Positions 30,548 through 40,434 of a stretch of DNA of 64,000 nt are shown in pieces; position 1 is the stretch's first letter; every line of letters starts with the position of its first letter. The stretch comes from an uncultured Nitrososphaerota archaeon (lineage in GTDB: Archaea; Thermoproteota; Nitrososphaeria; Nitrososphaerales; Nitrosopumilaceae), in the NCBI GenBank assembly GCA_963824385.1, contig CAWGPD010000003.1, positions 192,001 to 256,000 on the forward strand. Direction: 5' to 3'. Made by a program: the position numbers and the translations under genes. The notes beneath the pieces are model-generated. The model worked only from the letters and a program-made list of their open reading frames with translations, did no database searches and was not told where the DNA came from.

Positions 30548-31006
30548 TTTTCTAATTTTTAACGTAAGAACACCGTTTCTATATTTGAAATCATGAATTC
30601 CCATGTCTGGTGTTGTTTCAATTGGGACTTCTTTTGAAAAGTGTCCAGAACCACGAACATATAAAATTCCATCAATTAATCTGACAGTTACTTGGTCCTC
30701 TGGACCTGGTACCTCTGCTACAAATATTATTTCTTTTTCTCCTTTTATGAGATCATAGACCCAGTTCTTTGTATCTGCCTCTTTTGGTGTATACTGTGGG
30801 ACGTTGTTCTCAGTTGTCATCTTCTTTAATACTCTTACCCAATAAATCATAATTGCAGCAGCTATTCCGATTAATATGAAACTGACATACCCTTCTGAAG
30901 CTCTTAATGATAGCATGTATACTACACCCAAAAATAGTAAGACCATTAGGGGAATTATAAAATCAAATGACTTGTCATTAGAGTATCTGCTCTTGTAGCT
31001 TGCCAA
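30533..31006 (-). CDS. Hsp20/alpha-crystallin-domain protein with two N-terminal TM helices
   Basis: VAEVPG..YRNGVLTLKI; two hydrophobic N-terminal segments. Confidence 0.8.
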   Translation of the reverse strand: MASYKSRYSNDKSFDFIIPLMVLLFLGVVYMLSLRASEGYVSFILIGIAAAIMIYWVRVLKKMTTENNVPQYTPKEADTKNWVYDLIKGEKEIIFVAEVPGPEDQVTVRLIDGILYVRGSGHFSKEVPIETTPDMGIHDFKYRNGVLTLKIRKLETL

Positions 31007-31118
31007 CGATATTCTGTTTCATTCATCCATAATCCAAATATAAACACTCTTAGAATTTAGACTCAAATTAGATGAGAACGTTTCATTATTGGACTTGACT
31101 AATTATATGACTTGGAAT

Positions 31119-31676
31119 TTAGGTAGTTTCCCATCTCTTGAATAGATTATGCTCAATTCCAAACTGATCGAGGCATTTTCCTACTATGTGATTTAAAATA
31201 TCGTCAATGTTCTTTGGCCTGTTGTAAAATCCCGGCATGGCAGGTAATACTATTACCCCTATTCGAGAAAGTTTGAGCATATTTTCAAGATGTATGCTGG
31301 TAAGTGGAGTCTCTCTTGGAACTAGAACTAATTTACGAGATTCTTTCATTGTAACTCCTGCAGCTCTTGCTACTAGAGTTTCTTCATAACCATTAGCAAT
31401 ACTAGAAAGTGTTTTCATTGTACAAGGAATCACTATCATTCCATCTGTCTTATGAGTTCCACTTGAAACACTTGCTGCCATATTTACATCATCAGAATAA
31501 TGCTCTGCTAATGATCTTACATATTTCAAATCATAATCAGTTTCTAGTATCAGACATTTTTTTGCCCATTCTGTCATTATCAGATGAACATCAACCTTGC
31601 ATTGCTTGAGAATCTCTAACATTCTTACACCATATAGAATTCCAGAACTTCCAGTTAATCCTATAATTAATCTCAT
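31119..31676 (-). CDS. ubiX: Flavin prenyltransferase UbiX
   Basis: GLTGSSG, SSGT, PCTMKTL, PRETPL, PGFY. Confidence 0.96.
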   Translation of the reverse strand: MRLIIGLTGSSGILYGVRMLEILKQCKVDVHLIMTEWAKKCLILETDYDLKYVRSLAEHYSDDVNMAASVSSGTHKTDGMIVIPCTMKTLSSIANGYEETLVARAAGVTMKESRKLVLVPRETPLTSIHLENMLKLSRIGVIVLPAMPGFYNRPKNIDDILNHIVGKCLDQFGIEHNLFKRWETT

Positions 31677-31756
31677 GAAAGAATTATCTTTATTCCATAT
31701 TTAATTTCAACTGTGATTTAACATGTTTATTTATGGCGTTATGAGTCTCGATATCT

Positions 31757-32125
31757 ATGAGTGTTAATATTGATACAGTTGAAGAAAATATTGTTTCAGA
31801 ACTTAGACTATCTCATATTCAATCTAAGGTCTATGTTTTAGTAGTAAAAAAAGGAAAAATGTCTGCTCAGGATATAGCACAACATCTGAATATCTCAGAG
31901 GGTGAGGCAAATCAAGCTGCAACAAGTCTTATTCAAAATGGAGGATTTATTGATATCACAAAGACGGAGTTTGAATCAATGCATCCAAGATTTGCAGTTG
32001 TTAACATGTATAGGAGAATGTGCGAACGAGAAAATATTCCCTTTAAGAAGAATCTTTTGGTTGATAACATTTCAATTATTTTAGAAAAACCATATGATGA
32101 TGCAAGAACTAAATATGACCGATAA
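31757..32125 (+). CDS. TrmB-like stand-alone wHTH protein
   Basis: LSHIQSKVYVLVVKKGKMSAQDIA..L pattern. Confidence 0.75.
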   Translation: MSVNIDTVEENIVSELRLSHIQSKVYVLVVKKGKMSAQDIAQHLNISEGEANQAATSLIQNGGFIDITKTEFESMHPRFAVVNMYRRMCERENIPFKKNLLVDNISIILEKPYDDARTKYDR

Positions 32126-32537
32126 TGGAGGAGGAAACATGTCTACAGATACAGAATCTTGCAATCATGAAATAGTTTACTTTGGAGTGACCAATGTTAA
32201 TTATGAAAAAAGAACTATAGGTTCAGTTGATACATGGCGTTGTGTAAAATGTAAGAAAATTTTTTGTGAAGAAAAGCAACTTGGTATTGATAGTATAGTA
32301 GACTATGTAGGAATGCCAAAAATATCTCCAGATCAAAAATGGGCTGTGCTTTTATGCAACCTTAAAAAACACAAGGAGAAATGGAAGCTAGTAAAGATAA
32401 AACAAAATGATGAAATTCAACACGAATGTGTTGATGAAAAAATAATACAACTTAAGGTTAAGGACTTTAAGATTGAAGATGATAAACACTGGAATTTTCT
32501 TATAGAAAATTCTATTAACAAAGCAATAGAGATCTAA
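32094..32537 (+). CDS. Hypothetical protein with CxH/CxxC metal-binding motif (start uncertain)
   Basis: CNHE..WRCVKCKKIFC. Confidence 0.75.
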   Translation: MMMQELNMTDNGGGNMSTDTESCNHEIVYFGVTNVNYEKRTIGSVDTWRCVKCKKIFCEEKQLGIDSIVDYVGMPKISPDQKWAVLLCNLKKHKEKWKLVKIKQNDEIQHECVDEKIIQLKVKDFKIEDDKHWNFLIENSINKAIEI

Positions 32538-32544
32538 GTTTTAC

Positions 32545-32829
32545 ATGGATATTCAAGTTCATATTAATAATGTTCGTGGAAGTCAAATAGCCGCCAAGAT
32601 AACTGGTACTTTTAACATTGATGGTAATCCATTCAAGTTTCAAGCAATAGCGTTTGGAAGAATTGGAGGACATAATATTGGAGCAAAAATTTCAAAGACA
32701 GTTGAAAAGAATCTGATTAAACTTGGCTATGACATAGACGAAGTGATAAACGAATTACAACAAAAACTTGTTCGTGGAGATATTACTCTTCCTGAAGGAT
32801 TGACAAAAGATTCCTTTGCAGATGGCTAG
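32545..32829 (+). CDS. Hypothetical protein
   Basis: Intact 94-aa ORF in operon; [11 protein letters not shown]. Confidence 0.75.
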   Translation: MDIQVHINNVRGSQIAAKITGTFNIDGNPFKFQAIAFGRIGGHNIGAKISKTVEKNLIKLGYDIDEVINELQQKLVRGDITLPEGLTKDSFADG

Positions 32830-33620
32830 AATTGTGCTTCTTCAAATGCCTTGTGACATGAGCAACCGCGTTGTTGTGGAATTAAGTCAAAAAGCAGACC
32901 AAGTATATTCTTTGTAGTGCCTACATTCTTTGATAGTGTCTCTAAAACCTCTTTTGCAGTAACAGGCTTTTGAGCCCATACATCATAATCAGTTACTGTA
33001 GAAATTGACACATAACACATCTGAGCTTCTCTTGCAAGCTGACACTCTGGAACTAGAGTCATTCCTATGATATCTGCACCTATGACATTTTTGTAAAATT
33101 TTGATTCTGCTCTTGTTGAAAATCTAGGTCCCTCAATGCAAATGTATGTAGCATCTTTATGTATGTGAAGATTCATTTTTTTTGAAACATCCAAAACAAC
33201 ATTTTGCAGCTCTGGACAAAATGGATCTGCTACAGATATGTGAATTACTTTACCGTCTTCATAGAGTGTGTATTTTCTTGATTTTGTAAAATCTATAAAT
33301 TGTGATGGAAGTACCACATCGCCAGGTTTTAATTCTTTTTTTAAACTTCCAACTGCAGATGGCGCAATGATTCTTTTAATTCCCATCTCTTTGAATGCCC
33401 AAATATTTGCTCTGAAGTTTATTAAATGAGGTGGAATTGTATGTTTTTTACCATGTCTTGGCATGAATGCAACTTTTCTTCCTTTGTAAATTCCAACTGT
33501 TATGGAATCTGAAGTTTTTCCAAATGGTGTTTCTACGTTGATCTCTTTGCTTTCAGCAAGTAAACCAGAATCATATATTCCAGTTCCGCCAAAAATGCCT
33601 ATCTCCGCCTGCTCTATCAA
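32826..33620 (-). CDS. mtnP: S-methyl-5'-thioadenosine phosphorylase
   Basis: [37 protein letters not shown]. Confidence 0.95.
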   Translation of the reverse strand: MIEQAEIGIFGGTGIYDSGLLAESKEINVETPFGKTSDSITVGIYKGRKVAFMPRHGKKHTIPPHLINFRANIWAFKEMGIKRIIAPSAVGSLKKELKPGDVVLPSQFIDFTKSRKYTLYEDGKVIHISVADPFCPELQNVVLDVSKKMNLHIHKDATYICIEGPRFSTRAESKFYKNVIGADIIGMTLVPECQLAREAQMCYVSISTVTDYDVWAQKPVTAKEVLETLSKNVGTTKNILGLLFDLIPQQRGCSCHKAFEEAQF

Positions 33621-34129
33621 TATTTCACCAGCGCATTTTGTTTGTAGTCTTTGATAACTTTTGATCCCTTCAAATCTGTTAATTCTATAATAAAAGCAAA
33701 ACCTGATATCTTGCCGCCAATCTTTTCAACTAATTTTGCAGCAGCTTTTGCTGTTCCACCAGTTGCAAGCAAGTCATCACAAATGTAGACTTTTTGTCCT
33801 TTCTTTAACGCGTCAACTTGGATCTCCATTGTAGCACTTCCATATTCAATACTGTATGATACCTTATGAGTAGCACCTGGTAGTTTTCCTTGTTTTCTAA
33901 TCATTATCATTCCTTTGTTGTATTTGAGAGCTAATGCACAAGCTAATGGAAAGCCTCTCGACTCTATCCCTGCAAAAATATCAACATCATTTGGATGGAT
34001 TATCTTTGTAAATTCTTCTATTACTAGTGATAAAGCAGCAGGGTCTCTTAAAAGAGGGCTGATGTCTCTAAACAAAATTCCTTTTTTTGGAAAATCGGGT
34101 ATCTCTGCAATCTTGTCCCTCAGATTCAT
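33617..34129 (-). CDS. apt: Adenine phosphoribosyltransferase
   Basis: [36 protein letters not shown]. Confidence 0.97.
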   Translation of the reverse strand: MNLRDKIAEIPDFPKKGILFRDISPLLRDPAALSLVIEEFTKIIHPNDVDIFAGIESRGFPLACALALKYNKGMIMIRKQGKLPGATHKVSYSIEYGSATMEIQVDALKKGQKVYICDDLLATGGTAKAAAKLVEKIGGKISGFAFIIELTDLKGSKVIKDYKQNALVKY

Positions 34130-34176
34130 AAATTGCTGACAAGTTGTGGATGTAAAAAATATTGCTAATGGAGATA

Positions 34177-36417
34177 TTATTGAATCGTTATGCTGATAGT
34201 GGATTTACTAGTAGGGGATGATGCTTCAATTGAATATATTCCAGGACTGATATTGTTCGGAACTACCCAATCTGTATTGTAATCACCTGAGGTTGTTGAT
34301 GCTGTTGATAAGGTCTCAATAGTCGTGCTATTATTTCCAATCTTAACGTATACAGATGCTGAATTGCCAGCATCAGTTCCTGAAATTGAAACGACGTCTC
34401 CTCTTGTATAAGTGGCGGATGATCTATCTAGTTTGACAGTAATTCCCTGTGTAGATGATTTCACAGTTATGTTTGTGACATGATCGTTTATTCCACTTGT
34501 AGCATCAAGTTTCCATGTTCCAGGTGTTGCAATAAATGGTACATTAAAATCAAATGAAGAAAAGTGACCGCTTTTATCTGCAAATGTCTGTATTGTTTTT
34601 ATCAATGCTCCATTAGGATCAATCAAAGAAATTTGAAGTAGAGTATCTGGATTGGCTGATCCAATAATTATGATGTTATCGCCAGGTAGATATGTATCCT
34701 TTACTGTATTGAGCAGAATTGTTCCAGAGCCTACTGATAGACCAACTGCAAAGTCTTTTTCGACTTTTTGATCTGCATGGGTGATTACTGCTGAATAAAT
34801 GCCTGGTGTATATGATGTTAAATTGAAAGAATATGTCGCTTGTCCTTGTTGCCCTAATGTTATGATATCTGAAAACTTTTGTTTATCTGACGGATCTATT
34901 ATGATAAGATTGAGGGTTGATGATGGAGGACCTGTTACGCTAAGTACTGGGTTATCAGCATCTGTATAACTGAGTTTATCCATAGTCATTGTTATGGGAG
35001 GAGATGGATCTTCTCCCACTCCAAAGTAAATTTCTGATACGTCATTACCTTGAGTAATAGTTATTGAATATGTTCCATCTGTAGCCGTGGTTTCTAATTG
35101 ATATGTTGCTGAGACAATGCCTGCAGATGTTACGTTTGCACTTGTTGAATAAATTGGATGACCTGAAGGATCTGCAATAAGAAAACTCACAATCTGATTT
35201 GATATTGAAGTACCGTTCATGACAACCACTTGTCCTGGGTCATATCTTTGTGACGATGTTATAACTGAAATCTGATGAGTTGTTACGATACTATATCCTT
35301 TGGAAACTTGATCTTTTCCATCGGAGATAGTTACTGAATATTTTCCAAACACTGCATCTACAGACACATTTTCGTTAACCGCATAATTTCCATTTTTATC
35401 AGCAAGTGCCGTCATTGTCGTTGTTGGGGATCCGTTTGAGTCAAAAATAGTGAGAGTTAAAGTGGTTCCTGGAGTCGCTGTACCTGAAATTATTTTTGTT
35501 TCTCCTCGATGAAATATGGGATCCAAATTTATTGTTAAAGGAATGGTTTTAGATACTACACTTCCATGTTGCTGTGCTACTTCCAGATTTGTAGAAAATG
35601 ATTTTTGATTACCCTGCTGATCCTTTAGAATAAATTCAACACTTCCAACTGGTTCAGAATTTGGTATGACAGCAGTTGCAACAAAATTTCCATTTCCATC
35701 AGATGAAAATGAATCTATCTTGTTATTGCCTATAAACAAATCAAGGTTGGTTGATGCAGAAAAACTAAGACCGACTATACGTACATGATTGCCTATTCCA
35801 GGAGTTGAGGGAATTATTCTAAATGTTGATGAGCTCAATATTCCTTGTACTGTTTGTTGTACTGGCGTACTTGTAGGTGTTTGAGTATTGCTAGGTGTTT
35901 GAGTATTGCTAGGTGTTTGAGTATTGCTAGGTGTTTGAGTATTGCTAGGTGTTTGAGTATTGCTAGGTGTTTGAGTATTGCTAGGTGTTTGAGTACCAAT
36001 ATTGCCAGAGCCAACTTGAATGTTATTTGAATCAAATGCACTCCATGTCATGTTAGGTATCTGCTGATCTGTTTTGATTTGAAAAGATGTTGATTCTCCT
36101 GACATTAGTGGTTCTATTGCACTAAATGCAAGAGTAGTTGGGGAAGTTTTCATACCTGCCCAATTATTATCCAGATTGAATGATTTGAAAGTGCCGCCGT
36201 TTATTTGTAAAATGAATGAAACTACACCTATAGTGCTATTTGCATTATTGCTTATAGACAGTACTGTCATTCCACCTGTATTTGTAGTAGTTACGGTTAC
36301 AACTGAAGGAGATGCATTAACTTGCTGTACAGTATATGTTGTAAATATGCTACTAACAAGTAGGACAATAAGAATGACTGATTTTAATAACACTTTACTC
36401 ATAGACTGAAAAACCAA
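34177..36417 (-). CDS. Secreted/surface protein with multiple Ig-like beta-sandwich repeats and a T/P/S/Q linker
   Basis: Signal-like N-terminus; recurring Y..G(D/E)...I.G...D..G...GxY units. Confidence 0.85.
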   Translation of the reverse strand: MVFQSMSKVLLKSVILIVLLVSSIFTTYTVQQVNASPSVVTVTTTNTGGMTVLSISNNANSTIGVVSFILQINGGTFKSFNLDNNWAGMKTSPTTLAFSAIEPLMSGESTSFQIKTDQQIPNMTWSAFDSNNIQVGSGNIGTQTPSNTQTPSNTQTPSNTQTPSNTQTPSNTQTPSNTQTPTSTPVQQTVQGILSSSTFRIIPSTPGIGNHVRIVGLSFSASTNLDLFIGNNKIDSFSSDGNGNFVATAVIPNSEPVGSVEFILKDQQGNQKSFSTNLEVAQQHGSVVSKTIPLTINLDPIFHRGETKIISGTATPGTTLTLTIFDSNGSPTTTMTALADKNGNYAVNENVSVDAVFGKYSVTISDGKDQVSKGYSIVTTHQISVITSSQRYDPGQVVVMNGTSISNQIVSFLIADPSGHPIYSTSANVTSAGIVSATYQLETTATDGTYSITITQGNDVSEIYFGVGEDPSPPITMTMDKLSYTDADNPVLSVTGPPSSTLNLIIIDPSDKQKFSDIITLGQQGQATYSFNLTSYTPGIYSAVITHADQKVEKDFAVGLSVGSGTILLNTVKDTYLPGDNIIIIGSANPDTLLQISLIDPNGALIKTIQTFADKSGHFSSFDFNVPFIATPGTWKLDATSGINDHVTNITVKSSTQGITVKLDRSSATYTRGDVVSISGTDAGNSASVYVKIGNNSTTIETLSTASTTSGDYNTDWVVPNNISPGIYSIEASSPTSKSTISITIQ
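35875..35995. repeat. Perfect 18-bp coding tandem repeat, 6.7 copies, encoding (TQTPSN)n
   Basis: AGGTGTTTGAGTATTGCT starting at 35875, 35893, 35911, 35929, 35947, 35965, with a partial copy at 35983. Confidence 0.98.
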
Positions 36418-36510
36418 TCTCTCAATTAAATCTTAATAGGGAATCATACTTTTTCATCTTCACTGGCATGTAATTTATGAGTAAAGTACAAATGTTGATA
36501 TTTTTCAGCT

Positions 36511-38592
36511 CTATCTACTAAAAGTTGTAGATGTCTGTGATACTAGGTTTTGATTCTGTCTTATTCTCTCAGCAATCAATCTGTATAATGACCTGAATTG
36601 GTCCTTTGTTTTATCTGATAAAAAGTCCGTTTCACCTAATACCATTTTTTCACAAATATATCTGCAAATTTCTTCTCTGTCAAACGTTTCCCAACCCTGA
36701 TGCTGATTTTCCTTCCAAATCTCGTTTAGATTATCTATAATGCTTTTCTTACCCTTGCTTAATACTTGATCCTTCGTTAATGTGACATATCCTTCTTTTC
36801 TTAGTTTGACTTCATAAGTCTGGTTTACTGCATAAAGATAATCTTCGTCTACCAAAAGGTCTTCTATGAATAGCCTTGGCTGTCCTGCAAGTTCAAAGAA
36901 CACCATCTGTACTGATTTGAATTCATTTGATTGTAGTTCTGTAGAAATTTTTCTTGATTCTTCCGTATTGTCCAATAAAATGAAAGTGTCATACCCATGA
37001 TTTTTATAAAATATTGCAAGGGACATGACTGAATTCTTGTTGTATGCTGGAACTATGTTGAGCGGATTCATGGATAGATTTGGATCCTTTAGGAATCTGT
37101 CAAATGCATTTAGATACATGCAATCAGACATGGTCTCAACTATTATCACGGGTCTTGAATTGAAACCAATTTGCTTGTCTACTATGGATTCAACAAGACC
37201 TCTTGACAGGCCGTATAAAATTGGAATAAGGGTTTGATCATCTGCGTTCCAGTAATCGTAATAGATCTTACTTAGATGTTTTCTCTTATCAAGCTCTACT
37301 ACAAGCAGATTGCCCTGAGTATAATCAAATATCATAAACGGTGAGTGGGTGGCATATAATATTTGATTTGAACCAGCTAGACCCTTTAGTAGATCTGAAA
37401 TTCCTCTCTGTTGAGCAGGATGTAGGTTTCTGGCAGGTTCGTCAAGTAATAATATTGCTTCTTTCAATTCTGCCTTTTGTGTTTCTGCCGCAAAATTTAC
37501 AATGAATGAAAAAGTCCACTTGAATCCTTCAGCTCTTCTGTTAAGTAGTCCTGTGTTTGTAACGGTGCCATCTTTGTGAACATCTGAGATAACTACACTC
37601 AAAACATTTCCTGGGTTCCATCTTAATTCAACATGAATTGGATCCCCCTTCCATGCTGGATTGAGTCTCTCACTTAATCTTCTACTTGAAATGTTTAATA
37701 ATTTTATGAGTCTTGATGGACTATTTTTGGCCTCTTCAAGCTTTTGAGCATCAAGCTCTGCCAAATAAAATAAATTATTGACAGTCTCCGCCTTGTCAAA
37801 TTCCTCCACATATTCTAATCCCTTTGCTTTAATTCCCTTTGATTCTCTCACAAATTCCTCCAAGTCAATATTTCCAAGTATCTTCTTGTAGTCTGAAAAG
37901 TAAACAAATCGAGGATGTAGTTTATCTTCGATGAAATTGTCTAATGCTGAGCGCTCGTTTGTTCCTATCAGCATATTGTCAAATATACTCTCTAGGTCTT
38001 GGAAGATGTTCTTCCACTCTGAAATTACTTGCTGATCTTGTGATGCAATCAGGTAGATGTTATTATTGAATTCCGCCATCATATCCATGAAAACTTCGCG
38101 TGTTCGTGGTGGAGGTGCATCTAGAAATTTGGTATCGGCTCTAATTCGTATGGGGTTTGGCATTGCTAATACAAATGACTTGATTCTGTCTACAAAGTTT
38201 TCCCATGAGTTGAGTCTCTTGCTAGCTTCACCACTAATTTTTACTTCACCAAAATCATATTGTATTCTAGGATTCTTATTAGTCCTGTAAATCATCATCT
38301 TTTTTATATCTTGGAGATTTGGAAATTTTTCTCGAATTAATGAAGTCTCCTTTTCACTTAGTACAAACTCACCTTCAGCTAATCTAATTTCTGATTTGAG
38401 AACTTCGGTCATTTCATCACATAAATCTAGATCAGAAACCTTTGTGTCCTTGTTGAGCAATGTGAGAGCTTCTAAAATTGTGGTTTTACCACTTTCATTT
38501 CTTCCTACAAATGCAGCAAGATCTCCTACTTTAATTTCACCAGAATCATGAATACAACGATAACCTTGCACTCTGAATTTTCTAAGCCGCAT
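36511..38592 (-). CDS. OLD-family-like ATP-dependent nuclease (ABC-type ATPase plus TOPRIM-like domain)
   Basis: Walker A GRNESGKT, Walker B LLLDEP..LHP, ATHSP, IIVETMSD, ILLDN, FIEDL. Confidence 0.8.
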   Translation of the reverse strand: MRLRKFRVQGYRCIHDSGEIKVGDLAAFVGRNESGKTTILEALTLLNKDTKVSDLDLCDEMTEVLKSEIRLAEGEFVLSEKETSLIREKFPNLQDIKKMMIYRTNKNPRIQYDFGEVKISGEASKRLNSWENFVDRIKSFVLAMPNPIRIRADTKFLDAPPPRTREVFMDMMAEFNNNIYLIASQDQQVISEWKNIFQDLESIFDNMLIGTNERSALDNFIEDKLHPRFVYFSDYKKILGNIDLEEFVRESKGIKAKGLEYVEEFDKAETVNNLFYLAELDAQKLEEAKNSPSRLIKLLNISSRRLSERLNPAWKGDPIHVELRWNPGNVLSVVISDVHKDGTVTNTGLLNRRAEGFKWTFSFIVNFAAETQKAELKEAILLLDEPARNLHPAQQRGISDLLKGLAGSNQILYATHSPFMIFDYTQGNLLVVELDKRKHLSKIYYDYWNADDQTLIPILYGLSRGLVESIVDKQIGFNSRPVIIVETMSDCMYLNAFDRFLKDPNLSMNPLNIVPAYNKNSVMSLAIFYKNHGYDTFILLDNTEESRKISTELQSNEFKSVQMVFFELAGQPRLFIEDLLVDEDYLYAVNQTYEVKLRKEGYVTLTKDQVLSKGKKSIIDNLNEIWKENQHQGWETFDREEICRYICEKMVLGETDFLSDKTKDQFRSLYRLIAERIRQNQNLVSQTSTTFSR

Positions 38593-38647
38593 CTAGCGGC
38601 TATTGGCTTGGCTGTGATTTAACTTATTCGTCAAATTTATCAATTAG

Positions 38648-39178
38648 ATGTTTTTCGACCAAATAGATATATGGGAACTAGAGCGGTTATACTACAAATT
38701 GGCAGTCAAAAAAATTGCTTATCTTGTTTTTGTCTTTCCTGTTATAGTTTCATTGATTTTTGGAGGATTTGTATTATCTGATGTTTTAGGACAACCTGAT
38801 AGAAAATTAAACATGTGGCAATTTAAATTTGAAACACAAACTGGACAACAAGGAGACAATGACATTAGATTGTTGAATCTAAACAGTTCTTATCCTATAT
38901 CGGCACCACTTAACTTTAGAGTTATGGTAAATAATACGGCATTTGATTGTGGAGATCTGTATATGACAATATATGATCCAAATACATCTCCAATGCAGGT
39001 AATAGTCCAACATGCCTATTTTTCACAATGCTTTGCACAGAATGCTGCTACTCTGCCAATTCAAGATACTTTTTCACCTGTTATTGACAAAGCAGGTCTT
39101 TATCAGATTGTGGTAGAAATGAAGGACAAGACTAATCAAAATAGTACCAGTGTAAAGGCTAACTTTAACGTACAATAA
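38648..39178 (+). CDS. Membrane-anchored beta-rich hypothetical protein (start possibly TTG near 38699)
   Basis: One TM segment, then an Ig-like domain with two Cys. Confidence 0.75.
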   Translation: MFFDQIDIWELERLYYKLAVKKIAYLVFVFPVIVSLIFGGFVLSDVLGQPDRKLNMWQFKFETQTGQQGDNDIRLLNLNSSYPISAPLNFRVMVNNTAFDCGDLYMTIYDPNTSPMQVIVQHAYFSQCFAQNAATLPIQDTFSPVIDKAGLYQIVVEMKDKTNQNSTSVKANFNVQ

Positions 39179-39252
39179 GAAAATTATATGTTATTATATT
39201 GCACGAGTATTTGTAATCTTGAGGAATAACTTCTTGTTATTATTGAACCATC

Positions 39253-39840
39253 ATGGCTAAAAAAGAAAAAAAATCAATCAAAAAGATTGAAGAAAAAAAG
39301 GTAGTAGTCAAGACTGAAAAGAAAAAGGAAATTGCTAAACCTGAAAAGAAAAAGGAAATTGCTAAACCTGAAAAGAAAAAGACCAAGGCTGAACTGAAAA
39401 AAGAGGCTGAACTTTTAGAGGAAGAACTTGAAGAGATTGATGAAAAGGAGATAGAAAACTTCCAGATAGAAGGTCTGGATATGGAAAAATTAAAAACAAC
39501 TGTTCTAGGCTTGGTTGCAAAACGTGGAGACAATGGGATGTTCCAAAGTGAACTCTGGAAGAAACTCAAACTATCCAGTAGAGATGGTTCTAGACTTGCA
39601 CTAAAGCTTGAGAGACAACATCTTGTAAAAAGAGAAAAAATTCTTGAGAATGGTCGTTGGACTTACAAGCTAAAAATTGCACATGTACCAGTAACTACAC
39701 AATCAATAGAATCTGCACCATGTTTAATTTGTCCGGTTGAATCAAAATGTACCCTTGAAGGAGAAATTAGTCCACGAACTTGCCCTTTAATTGAACAATG
39801 GGTTTTAACTGAACTTTCTACCAAGAAGGTAAAGAAATGA
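39253..39840 (+). CDS. Rpc34-like transcription factor (TFE beta): wHTH plus 4-Cys Fe-S domain
   Basis: FQSELWKKL..LERQHLVKRE wHTH; PCLICP..C..ISP.TC..I.QW. Confidence 0.8.
   Translation: MAKKEKKSIKKIEEKKVVVKTEKKKEIAKPEKKKEIAKPEKKKTKAELKKEAELLEEELEEIDEKEIENFQIEGLDMEKLKTTVLGLVAKRGDNGMFQSELWKKLKLSSRDGSRLALKLERQHLVKREKILENGRWTYKLKIAHVPVTTQSIESAPCLICPVESKCTLEGEISPRTCPLIEQWVLTELSTKKVKK
39314..39381. repeat. 27-bp coding tandem repeat (2.5 copies), encoding EKKKEIAKP
   Basis: CTGAAAAGAAAAAGGAAATTGCTAAAC at 39314 and 39341, partial at 39368. Confidence 0.92.
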
Positions 39841-40434
39841 AATTAATTGATGCAAGGCGTGACTTGTATAGAAGATTAGCTCACAAAGAAGGATATCGAA
39901 GCAGAGCTGCATACAAACTAAAAGAACTGAATACCTCTTATCGAATAATTGGTCCTGGATTTTTTGTTTTAGATTTGGGATGTTCTCCTGGTGGATGGAC
40001 TCAAGTTGCAAAAGAACTTGCAGGAAATAAAGGACAAGTTATGGGTATTGACAAAGCATTTGTGGAAGAAATTCAAGATGTTCATATAATCAGGGGCGAT
40101 ATTGAGGATGAATCTGTTGTAGAACAAATTTTTGAGTATTTTGGAGGTAAAATTAACGCCGTAATATGTGATCTCTCACCAACAGTTACTGGACAATGGG
40201 ATGTGGATCATGGAAGACAAATCTCTCTTAACTATGCAGCAAGTAAAATTATGGACCAAGTTTTGGCACGAAAAGGTAATGCTTTATTCAAAGTATTTGA
40301 TGGTCAATATTCCATTGAATTCCGAGACTATATTCGAAAAAAATTTGCCAAAGTTCAGGCTAAGAAAACCACAAGCAAGTAGAAAATCTAGCAGCGAATT
40401 ATACTATGTTTGTTTAGGGTATCTTGGAAATTAA
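39837..40434 (+). CDS. rlmE: 23S rRNA Um2552 methyltransferase RlmE/FtsJ; apparent +1 frameshift at about 40358
   Basis: YRSRAAYKL, DLGCSPGGW, corrected KPQASRKSSSELY. Confidence 0.93.

Noticed and set aside
35875..35995. CRISPR array
   Set aside because: The units are contiguous with no spacers, in frame within a CDS, and there are no cas genes.
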